From a virus (Duplodnaviria > Heunggongvirae > Uroviricota > Caudoviricetes): a stretch of DNA of 64,000 bases. Location: positions 2,397 to 66,396 of the IMG/VR virus record IMGVR_UViG_3300031853_000017; one strand, given 5' to 3'. Below the pieces are notes generated by a model, which saw nothing but the letters and a program-made list of their open reading frames with translations, was not told the DNA's origin and did not search any database. Below are positions 27,810-35,798 of this stretch, piece after piece. Position numbers and translations under genes: made by a program. Every line of letters starts with the position of its first letter. Position 1 is the stretch's first letter.

Positions 27810-28663
27810 TTCAAGTAAACCGCAAAACTGTTGAATTATCACGTTTTCCAGACGGAACACTTCATCTTGTTCCCGAAATTGATTTATCAAGTGCAGAATA
27901 TCACATTACAATTTCGTGGTATTATGAAGATGATAGTGAAATGGCAGCGTTACTGTTTTTGACAAGGTATTTCAAGGAAAATGGCTTTGAAGTTATTCTG
28001 TTCATGCCATATATCCCAAACGCAAGAATGGATAGGGTTAAAAATGAGAATGATGTTTTCACGCTCAAATATTTTGCGGACTTCATCAATTCACTTCATT
28101 TTTCTCTCGTTATAGTTCTCGACCCACATTCAGCTGTTAGTGAAGCCTTAATTAATAATATTATTGTTTTCACTCCTATTGATTACATAGAAAAAGCATT
28201 TGAAAGAGTCAATAAAGAAACGAATGGGGAAATCATTGCATTTTATCCCGATGAAGGCGCAATGAAACGATATTCCGAAATCATTGATTGCCCGTATGCG
28301 TTTGGAGTTAAAAGGCGCGATTGGTCTACCGGAAAAATTCTCGGATTGGACATTATCGGCGATGAAAACTATTTGCGCGGGAAAAATATAATCATTATTG
28401 ATGACATTAGCAGCAAGGGCGGTACATTCTATCATTCAGCAAAGAAACTCAAAGAGGTTGGCGTAAACAAAATTTTCCTCTATGTTACTCATTGTGAGAA
28501 AACAATATTAGAGGGGGAAGTGTTTACAAGTGGGTTGATCGACAAGGTATTTACAACAAATTCTATCTTTACTCCTGCCGCGCTTGAAACGGCAAAAAGT
28601 AAAGGTTTATCGGATAAAATTGAGGTGTTTGAAATTGAAAACGAATCCTATGCTACTGATTGA
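27806..28663 (+). CDS. ribose-phosphate pyrophosphokinase (Prs)-like protein; candidate ADPR-PP synthetase (Adps) of NARP1
   Basis: PYIPNARMDR (Prs PYxxYARQDR-like) and IIIDDISSKGGT PRPP-binding motif; overlaps flanking genes (coupled). Confidence 0.7.
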   Translation: MIQVNRKTVELSRFPDGTLHLVPEIDLSSAEYHITISWYYEDDSEMAALLFLTRYFKENGFEVILFMPYIPNARMDRVKNENDVFTLKYFADFINSLHFSLVIVLDPHSAVSEALINNIIVFTPIDYIEKAFERVNKETNGEIIAFYPDEGAMKRYSEIIDCPYAFGVKRRDWSTGKILGLDIIGDENYLRGKNIIIIDDISSKGGTFYHSAKKLKEVGVNKIFLYVTHCEKTILEGEVFTSGLIDKVFTTNSIFTPAALETAKSKGLSDKIEVFEIENESYATD

Positions 28664-30104
28664 TTTTTATAAGGCTGTTCATGCGGAAATGTTGCCGCAG
28701 AATATCACAAAATCAGTATCTTATTTTACACCACGCATGAGCCGCGTTAAGCGTTGGGATAAGGTTGTGATGTTTGGATTGCAAGGTTTTATCAAGGAAT
28801 ATCTAATTGATTTTTTCAATGATAATTTCTTCAATGTCCCGCTCGAAACCGTTATGGGCGAATACACAAGAATCATGGACAACACGCTTGGCAAAAATGC
28901 TTATAATCCAAAGAAGATTGAGAATTTACACAATCTTGGATATTTGCCGATTGAGATTGTAGCATTACCAGAGGGAACGCTTGTGCCTATGCACGTTCCG
29001 ATGTTCGGGATTACTAATACCCACAAGGATTTTGCGTGGCTTCCGCAGTCGCTTGAGTCTTTGATCTCGGCAGAAATGTGGCATCCGATGCTTGCGGCGA
29101 ATGTCGGTTATACATACCGTCAGATTGTCAACAAGTATTATGACGAAACCTGTGATGATAACATTCCACGAGCAAAAGCACTTGGAGCGTTTGATTTCCG
29201 TGGTGAGGAATGTTTGCAGAGCGCGACAAAGGCTGGCGCGGGTTGGCTGTTATCTTTCTTGAATACCGCAACGGTTCCGGCAATTCCGTACCTTGAAAAT
29301 TATTACAACTGTGATTGCACAAAAGAGCCTGTCGGTTTTGGTTCACCATCCACGGAACATTCCGTTATGTGTAGCAATTTCGCGGTTGACGGAGATGAAA
29401 TCACGCTGCTCCGCAGATTGTTGACAGAAATTTATCCGAACACTTCTTTCTCGGCGGTGCTTGACAGCTACGATTATTGGAATGTCATTGACAATATCCT
29501 TCCTCAGTTAAAGCCTGAAATTCTCGCACATAATGGCTGTATGCTCATGCGCGGAGATAGCGGCGATTGCATTGAGGTCGTAACCAAGACGGTATTTAAG
29601 TTGTGGGATATTTTCGGTGGCACGGTCAATAGCAAGGGTTATAAGGTACTTGACCCGCATGTTAAAGCTATTTACGGCGATTCTATCACTGTGCAGCGTT
29701 GCGAGATAATCTATGAAATCCTCAAAGAAAATGGATTTGCTTGCTCAAATGTTGCACTCGGCGTTGGTTCATTCTCATTCCAGTGCATTGAAGAAGATGG
29801 AATATTGAAGCCGTTCACACGCGACACGTTCAGTTCTTGCATTAAGGCTACTTATTGTGAGATTGATGATAAGCCTGTTCCGATTTTCAAGAATCCAAAA
29901 GATGGCGGATTTAAGAAATCTCAAAAGGGTTGTTGTGTTGTTTATAAATTTATGAACAACATTGTTTATAAGGACGAATATACTTGGAAAGAGGCAAACG
30001 AATTACCCTATCAGTTGCTTGAAACCGTATTTAAGGATGGAAAAATCGTTAAAGAGCAAACGCTTTCAGAAGTGCGCTCAGTATTGCACGGAGGTAAGTT
30101 TTAA
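28650..30104 (+). CDS. NAMPT-family phosphoribosyltransferase; candidate Namat of NARP1
   Basis: Colinear similarity to NAMPT: LLIDFYKAVH, LPIEIVALPEG, NSKGYKVLDP...GDS, conserved His in HSVM. Confidence 0.75.
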   Translation: MLLIDFYKAVHAEMLPQNITKSVSYFTPRMSRVKRWDKVVMFGLQGFIKEYLIDFFNDNFFNVPLETVMGEYTRIMDNTLGKNAYNPKKIENLHNLGYLPIEIVALPEGTLVPMHVPMFGITNTHKDFAWLPQSLESLISAEMWHPMLAANVGYTYRQIVNKYYDETCDDNIPRAKALGAFDFRGEECLQSATKAGAGWLLSFLNTATVPAIPYLENYYNCDCTKEPVGFGSPSTEHSVMCSNFAVDGDEITLLRRLLTEIYPNTSFSAVLDSYDYWNVIDNILPQLKPEILAHNGCMLMRGDSGDCIEVVTKTVFKLWDIFGGTVNSKGYKVLDPHVKAIYGDSITVQRCEIIYEILKENGFACSNVALGVGSFSFQCIEEDGILKPFTRDTFSSCIKATYCEIDDKPVPIFKNPKDGGFKKSQKGCCVVYKFMNNIVYKDEYTWKEANELPYQLLETVFKDGKIVKEQTLSEVRSVLHGGKF

Positions 30105-30892
30105 TGGGATTCAATGCAAATAAAGTTAAAGACGATATTGTTGTCTGGATTCGCAAGATGTTTGAAGAAAACGGTAAAGGTTGTAATGCAGTTATCGGAA
30201 TCTCAGGCGGCAAAGACTCAAGCGTAACCGCCGCATTATGCGTTGCTGCTTTAGGCAAAGATAGAGTAATCGGCGTTCTTATGCCAAATGGTAAGCAAGA
30301 GGATAAAAACGTTGCAGTTGAATTGTGTAACCATTTAGGCATTAACCATATCGAGATAAATGTCAAAAATGCGTTTGATTCCATTTTGGAGCAGATTGAC
30401 GAAATTTATATTTCAAAAGTGGATTCTTATATCCCGATTTCTATTTCCGATCAAACCACTATCAACCTTCCTCCGAGATTGCGCATGGCTACGTTATATG
30501 CAGTATCTCAATCTGTTGGTGGTCGTGTCATGAACACTTGTAATCTATCAGAGGATTATGTTGGATATGCGACCAGATACGGCGATTCTGCCGGAGATTT
30601 TGCACCTTTGGCTAATCTGACATCTGATGAAGTTATCGCGGTTGGTGCTGCTTGCGGACTACCAAATTCATTCATCTATAAAACTCCGTCAGATGGGCTT
30701 TGCGGCAAAACTGACGAAGATAATCTTGGGTTTACCTATAAAGTTCTTAATAAGTATATTAGGACTGGTATTTGTGAAGATAGCAAGATCAAGGAAAGAA
30801 TTGTCGCTATGCACAAGAAGAATAGGTTTAAGTTGCAGCCTATGCCGGCATTTCCATACAATGCCGGAAATGGAAGAAATAAACTACGATAA
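30104..30892 (+). CDS. nadE: NH3-dependent NAD+ synthetase (NadE)
   Basis: PP-loop GISGGKDSS; C-terminal similarity to NadE; TAATG overlap. Confidence 0.75.
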   Translation: MGFNANKVKDDIVVWIRKMFEENGKGCNAVIGISGGKDSSVTAALCVAALGKDRVIGVLMPNGKQEDKNVAVELCNHLGINHIEINVKNAFDSILEQIDEIYISKVDSYIPISISDQTTINLPPRLRMATLYAVSQSVGGRVMNTCNLSEDYVGYATRYGDSAGDFAPLANLTSDEVIAVGAACGLPNSFIYKTPSDGLCGKTDEDNLGFTYKVLNKYIRTGICEDSKIKERIVAMHKKNRFKLQPMPAFPYNAGNGRNKLR

Positions 30893-30931
30893 ATAAATCA
30901 AAAATAAATATAAAAAACTTTATAAAAACCG

Positions 30932-30960
30932 TTGACAAACGGAAAAATATGTGATATACT
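30932..30960 (+). promoter_or_regulatory. sigma70-like promoter followed by ~290-nt structured leader
   Basis: TTGACA-17-TATACT; hairpins CATCTCCCTTCAAAGGAGATAG and CCACAGGTGAAAGTCCTGTGG. Confidence 0.5.
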
Positions 30961-31253
30961 ATAAGAGAAGTCAGGAGATAACACCTTGACTTAAAAAATT
31001 CTCTTGTAAAGTAAACATAAAAAACATAATTAAATAATCGTAAGTAGTGAGTATAGAGCCTTTTGAAAAATAGCGAAACATCATTAGAATAATTAGTTCA
31101 TCTCCCTTCAAAGGAGATAGTCTTGGTTAAAGTCCGAGGTGTTGTTTCAAAGTTTGGATAAAGAAAAAGATAACATCGCGCGGGTTATCTCCCACAGGTG
31201 AAAGTCCTGTGGCTTACGTTGATATAGATATTACATTACAAAGGGAGTTACAA

Positions 31254-32873
31254 ATGTTAAACATTCTTATTCCAATCGGCATTGCGGTTGCGGTGCTTGC
31301 GTTTATAGTCATTTTCCTCTGTCGAATTTACAGAGTAGCAGACATTGACAAGGCGCTGATTATCACCGGAGGTAAAGAACCAGTCATTAAAGTATCAGGT
31401 GGTAGTTTTGTCGTTCCGATTTTCCGAAAAGCTCAGTATTTTGATTTATCAATGCTGACTGTTACAGCAGACCGTGATGAAGTAAAGACTAAAACATCAG
31501 TTCCTATCGTTATTGATTGGACAGCCCAGATTCGACCAGATACAATGAATCACGATAATTTACGTAAAGCAATTATTTCATTCAAAGAGCGAGGTCAAAA
31601 GGGCATTATCAATGACATCAAATTGACACTAACAGGTGCGGTTCGAGATATTGTTGCCGGAATGACACCGGAAGAAGTTCTCCGCGACAAACAGGCATTT
31701 GCCGAGAATGTAAGAGAAACAGTAGCAGATGAAATGGTCAATATGGGTATGGAGCTTGTTTCGCTCAATATTCAGGATATTTCAGACCAGAACGGCTACT
31801 ATGACAACATTGCTGCGCTCGACATGGAAGATAAACGTCAGGCTGCGGAAAAGAAGAAGGCAGTAATCAATGAATCCGTTCGTTCCCAGAATGCAGAATC
31901 AGAGAGAATTGCTTCACAAAACGAATTAGCCGCTGCATTGGCTGTCGCTGAAAAGCAGAGAGATAACAATATTAAGAAAGCGGCGTACAAGGCAGAAACA
32001 GATAAGGCTAATGCCGATGCGAACATTGCCGGCGAGTTGCAACGTACAATCAGGCAACAGGAAGTTGCAGAGCAACAAGGTCGTGTTGAGGTTGTAAAGC
32101 AGGAACAGGCTAATCTTGCGGCGATTAAAGAGCAGGAAGTAATTGCGACAAAAGCCGAATCCGAGAAAAAGAAAAAGCGGATTGAAGCAGAAGCAGACGC
32201 AAATGTTCAGACCATCGGCGCAGAAGCAAGGGTAAAGGTTGCCGAAAATGAAGCAAGCGCTGTAAAGATTCAGGCAAATGCACAGGCTGAAAGACTTAAA
32301 ACAGAAGGTGATGCCACTGCCGCAGTTATCAAGCAAAAGGGTATTGCGGAGGCTGATGTAACCAAACAGAAAGGTCTTGCAGCGGCGGAAGTCGAAAAGC
32401 AACAGGGTCTTGCACAAGCAGAAGTAATTAAGCAGAAGGGTCTTGCAGAGGCGGAAGTTGAAAGACAGAAGTTGATGGCACAGGCAGAAGGCGAGAGAGC
32501 ATTGGCGGATGCTCGTGCTTCAAATGAGAAAGTAAACTTTGAAATTGAGAAGTTGAAGCTCGAAACACAGGCAAGAATCACCATTGCTACCAAGACTGCG
32601 GAGCTTATGGCTGATGTAGGTAAGAATGCGGAGTTCGTTAATATTGGTGGCGGTGCTGCCAACGGCGGAACTGGAAACGTATTGACCGACACACTTTCAA
32701 GCATTCCAGTGCTGATGAAGAAATTAGACGCGGAAAATACCGCTCTAAACGGAAAGCCTTTCAATGATGAACTGCGAAACCTGATTGCAAGTATTGCAGA
32801 ACCAGTCAAGGGATTGCTTTCAACGACGGTGAATGAAGCACCGAAAACTGTGGAAGATACCGACGCAGAATAA
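31254..32873 (+). CDS. flotillin/SPFH (band 7) domain protein
   Basis: N-terminal TM + SPFH core + long Ala/Glu/Lys-rich QKGLAEAEV repeats typical of flotillins. Confidence 0.7.
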   Translation: MLNILIPIGIAVAVLAFIVIFLCRIYRVADIDKALIITGGKEPVIKVSGGSFVVPIFRKAQYFDLSMLTVTADRDEVKTKTSVPIVIDWTAQIRPDTMNHDNLRKAIISFKERGQKGIINDIKLTLTGAVRDIVAGMTPEEVLRDKQAFAENVRETVADEMVNMGMELVSLNIQDISDQNGYYDNIAALDMEDKRQAAEKKKAVINESVRSQNAESERIASQNELAAALAVAEKQRDNNIKKAAYKAETDKANADANIAGELQRTIRQQEVAEQQGRVEVVKQEQANLAAIKEQEVIATKAESEKKKKRIEAEADANVQTIGAEARVKVAENEASAVKIQANAQAERLKTEGDATAAVIKQKGIAEADVTKQKGLAAAEVEKQQGLAQAEVIKQKGLAEAEVERQKLMAQAEGERALADARASNEKVNFEIEKLKLETQARITIATKTAELMADVGKNAEFVNIGGGAANGGTGNVLTDTLSSIPVLMKKLDAENTALNGKPFNDELRNLIASIAEPVKGLLSTTVNEAPKTVEDTDAE

Positions 32874-32939
32874 GTAACGGTATTATACATAATAGGAGAG
32901 TGTGGAAACACTCTGCACTCTCCAATACCTCTTATATAT

Positions 32940-33015
32940 TGGGCTGTAGCCAAGCGGTTAAGGCATCGGTCTTTGACACCGTGATTCGTTGGTTCAAATC
33001 CAACCAGCCCAGCCA
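32940..33015 (+). tRNA. tRNA-Gln(TTG)
   Basis: Acceptor TGGGCTG/CAGCCCA, anticodon loop CTTTGAC, T-loop TTCAAAT, encoded CCA. Confidence 0.65.
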
Positions 33016-33021
33016 ATACAT

Positions 33022-33111
33022 TCTCGTGGAGTTCGGTAATGTCGCATGTGATACTGGACGAAGGCAAAATCGCCGTGGTTTATGTGGGTTCAAATCCCAT
33101 CACGAGAGCCA
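33022..33111 (+). tRNA. tRNA-like, 90 nt, anticodon unresolved
   Basis: Perfect 7-bp acceptor TCTCGTG/CACGAGA, T-arm GTGGGTTCAAATCCCAT, CCA; internal arms atypical. Confidence 0.4.
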
Positions 33112-33546
33112 GACCCGCCGTTACAAGTAAACACAGAGTTGAATGTAGCGGAATGAACCTAATAATTGGTCATTAGTCAGTGGGTAGAATAGCCACACGG
33201 GTCAAACTGCCCGTAGCCAAAAGAGTTTGTTTTCATACTTTTGTTTATCAGAAGTAAGGTTTGTACGTTTTACTTTATAAGAGCGTGGAATACGGTTTCA
33301 ATTTAAGCCGAGGGAAGTTTATTCATTCTGACCTATGGAAAGTGAATGAGTAAGGTGGGATTCGCGCCTTGCAGTAACGTGGCAAGTGGAAACATTTCGG
33401 GTTGGCTACCGAAATTGGGAACACACCGATTAGGATGACAACCTACTTTCAACTGCAAAAGATAACAATAGTCAATAAATTTAATGGCTCGCGGCTCGCA
33501 AAGAGCGACCACATATTATGACTTTGGCGGAAGTCGCGGGTTATAT

Positions 33547-33639
33547 GGCGCAGTAACCCTAATAGGCAAGGGAGCAGTTTGCTAAACTGTGAGTAGCCGA
33601 GCAATCGGTGTGTTGGTTCGAGTCCAACCTGTGCCGCCA
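33547..33639 (+). tRNA. tRNA-Ser(GCT)
   Basis: Acceptor GGCGCAG/CTGTGCC, anticodon loop TTGCTAA, long variable arm GCCGAGCAATCGGT, CCA. Confidence 0.6.
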
Positions 33640-33813
33640 TAAGGTTCTTGTTGACCGAAGAATAACAAGCGATGCCCAATGAGAAGCGGGCGTGAAGTCT
33701 GTCAGTCGGACAATGCTGAGATAGCGGCTGCGTGTTATGTGTGACTTTTCGGCGGGTTTTCAATAGGACTTTAGCGTGAATAAAGTTGAAGTAATAATCC
33801 GCCCACGACATAT

Positions 33814-34216
33814 GGGGCTGAAATAGATTCGACAGGGCACAGAAAACATATAACTTCGCAGGAATGTAACATCCTTAAAGTACACCTTAAAAAATAAACG
33901 ACACTACTGTTGTTACACTTCATCCCGCGCTTTTAGCAGTTCTCGGTCAGAGAGCCGTAGCGTGAGATTCCGATAAGTACCTGCTATTCGGTCTAACTTG
34001 TCGGACGGAAATAGAATAGCAACCAATGGTTTCTTACTTCCGCAAAAAGTAAGTGGTGGAGTGGGTGTAAATCTTTACATCTCCATTCGTTTCCCGCGAA
34101 TTAAAACAAAGTTGTGGTTTGCAGGTTTCCACGGAGAAAAATCGGCTATTGCGTAAGAAAAGTTAGTGTGAGTATGTGTTTTGGACACGGAGGGCAGTTC
34201 TCCGTCAGCTCCACCA
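33814..34216 (+). ncRNA. ssrA: tmRNA (ssrA)
   Basis: 5' GGGGCTGAAATAGATTCGACAGGG matches tmRNA 5' consensus; 3' GGACACGGAGGGCAGTTCTCCGTCAGCTCCACCA matches tmRNA T-arm/acceptor/CCA; ends pair. Confidence 0.7.
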
Positions 34217-34242
34217 ATTTATAAATAAGGGGTTTAATTCTC

Positions 34243-34899
34243 ATTTCATATATTTATAAGATTACAAATCTTGCAAATGGCAAGATATATGTCGGCAATA
34301 CCAGTAGGGATATTCAGACACGTTTGAAGGAGCATTTAAGAGAATCTAAAAAAGAAAGAAATAGAAATAGACCTTTATCTATTGCTATAAGAGAATATGG
34401 TCAGGAAAATTTTCAAATTGATTTAATTGAAGAATGTCCTATTGAAATTGCACCGGAACGTGAAAGATATTGGGTTGATCGTTATAATAGTTTCAAAGAT
34501 GGATATAATGCGACCTATGGTGGGTTAGGCAGTAATAGCGTTGATTATGACAAAGTAGTTGATACATATTTGCAAGTTAGGAGCCAAAAAGAAACTGCGG
34601 AATTATTGAATATTTCACCTTTTACTGTAAGTAGTATATTACAACAAAAAAATGTAGACTATGATACAAGTTATGAAGTATTAGCAAAAAGATGCAGTAA
34701 ATCAGTTGATATGTTGTCTATGAGTGGCGAATTTATAAGACAATTTCCTTCGATACGCAAAGCAACTAAATATATTATAGAAACCGAGAATAAACCTTAT
34801 AAGCATATATTTGGTATAGAACAACACATTATAAATGTTTGTCAAGGAAAAAGAAATTCAGCTTATAACTACAAATGGAAATATTCAAATGTAGTTTAA
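34243..34899 (+). CDS. GIY-YIG homing endonuclease (I-TevI-like), probable non-ATG (ATT) start
   Basis: SYIYKITNLANGKIYVGNT...RLKEH...YGQENF...YWVDRYNSFKDGYN; GIY-YIG motif lies upstream of first ATG/TTG (34324), directly after tmRNA. Confidence 0.6.
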   Translation: MSYIYKITNLANGKIYVGNTSRDIQTRLKEHLRESKKERNRNRPLSIAIREYGQENFQIDLIEECPIEIAPERERYWVDRYNSFKDGYNATYGGLGSNSVDYDKVVDTYLQVRSQKETAELLNISPFTVSSILQQKNVDYDTSYEVLAKRCSKSVDMLSMSGEFIRQFPSIRKATKYIIETENKPYKHIFGIEQHIINVCQGKRNSAYNYKWKYSNVV

Positions 34900-35052
34900 C
34901 TAAAAGATGAACCAAATCCACATCTATAAAAAGGATTGGTGGTAGTGGAATCTTGTATTCACCTGATGAACTTAACTCACATCATTAAAAAGAGTTAGTG
35001 GTGGGATTCGAGGATAAACCTCGCGGGAGAGTCAATTATACTCTCCCAAAAC

Positions 35053-35127
35053 GCAGACATAGTGTAATTGGTAACACACCGTCCTTCCAAGCCGGATTTG
35101 CGGGTTCAAGTCCCGTTGTCTGCTCCA
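35053..35127 (+). tRNA. tRNA-Gly(TCC)
   Basis: Acceptor GCAGACA/TGTCTGC, loop CTTCCAA, CCA; one mismatch in anticodon stem. Confidence 0.5.
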
Positions 35128-35133
35128 TAAAAT

Positions 35134-35208
35134 GTGGTTGTTAGTGTAGTGGTAGCACGACAGATTGTGACTCTGTTAGGATAGGTTCAAATCCTGTACT
35201 TCCACCCA
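35134..35208 (+). tRNA. tRNA-His(GTG) with G-1; two T-T mismatches in acceptor stem
   Basis: 8-bp acceptor GTGGTTGT/ACTTCCAC, loop TTGTGAC, CCA. Confidence 0.55.
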
Positions 35209-35211
35209 TAT

Positions 35212-35284
35212 GCCGATGTAGCTCAGAGGCTAAGAGCAGTCCGACGAACGGGATATGTCGATGGTTCGAGTCCATCCATTGGTA
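35212..35284 (+). tRNA. tRNA-Arg(ACG)-like with 5-nt anticodon loop (possible pseudo-tRNA)
   Basis: GCCGATG acceptor, GCTCAGAGGCTAAGAGC D-arm, GTCCG-ACGAA-CGGGA, T-arm GATGGTTCGAGTCCATC. Confidence 0.35.
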
Positions 35285-35390
35285 AACGTAGTTAGTAGCA
35301 CTACGGTCAATAAGCTACACGCGATTGGTGGTTATCGCAGAGGTTGACAACTAAAAACCATCTGACACTTCGGAAAGACGGGGCATATGC

Positions 35391-35466
35391 GGCGGGTTAG
35401 TCAAGAGGTGAAGATACGCGGCTTTCAATCGCGTGACGCTGGGTTCGATTCCCGCACCCGCTACCA
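35391..35466 (+). tRNA. tRNA-Glu(TTC)
   Basis: Acceptor GGCGGGT/ACCCGCT, D-arm GTCAAGAGGTGAAGAT, loop CTTTCAA, CCA. Confidence 0.65.
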
Positions 35467-35470
35467 ATAT

Positions 35471-35545
35471 GCGCCAGTAATTCAGTGGAAGAATAACGCA
35501 CTTTTAATGCGGAGGTCGGAGGTTCAAATCCTCTCTGGCGCACCA
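35471..35545 (+). tRNA. tRNA-Lys(TTT)
   Basis: Acceptor GCGCCAG/CTGGCGC, loop CTTTTAA, CCA. Confidence 0.7.
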
Positions 35546-35589
35546 TCTCATACACAACCAGCAATATTAAAGGCACAGTCTGTCAAACT

Positions 35590-35700
35590 GTATTACCTCA
35601 CTTGTGTATGGTTCATAAGGCACATTAACAGCAAATTTACAATGGTAAACAAGAAGTCTGGAAAATTTTAAGTGAGTAGGTTCAAATCCTGCAACCGTGC
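35590..35700 (+). ncRNA. tRNA-like element with insertion carrying AACAGCAAATTTAC motif
   Basis: T-arm GTAGGTTCAAATCCTGC with possible acceptor TATGGTT/AACCGTG; motif at ~35626. Confidence 0.25.
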
Positions 35701-35798
35701 TATGCACGTTCTTAAATGTGTCTTGATTACAAACAAAAAAAGATACGAACAGCGAAAGCTCCTAAGTGTCTTGAAAAGAAAGAAAAGGAGAAAAAGAA

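Noticed and set aside
28650-30104. Nicotinate phosphoribosyltransferase (PncB) assignment, which would make a simple Preiss-Handler cassette with PncA and NadE
   Set aside because: Colinear similarity is to NAMPT proper (DSYKVTH-like N-terminus, LPIEI.A.PEG, NSKGYKxL). It is retained only as a lower-probability alternative in the finding.
32270-33067. 265-aa ORF on the - strand across the tRNA cluster
   Set aside because: Contains GFEPT/LEPT peptides typical of antisense translation of tRNA T-arms (GGTTCGAATCC). It overlaps tRNA-Gln and other + strand features, so it is spurious. The same applies to 33449-33811(-) and 40086-40295(-).
33022-33111. tRNA-Sec (selenocysteine) identity for the 90-nt tRNA-like gene
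   Set aside because: No TCA anticodon loop or 6-bp D-stem could be folded.
33640-34222. Group I intron hypothesis for the ~600-nt non-coding region upstream of the GIY-YIG gene
   Set aside because: The region has the hallmark 5' and 3' ends of tmRNA (GGGGCTGA...GATTCGACAGGG / ...CAGCTCCACCA). No P7 (GACTA/TAGTC) core was found.
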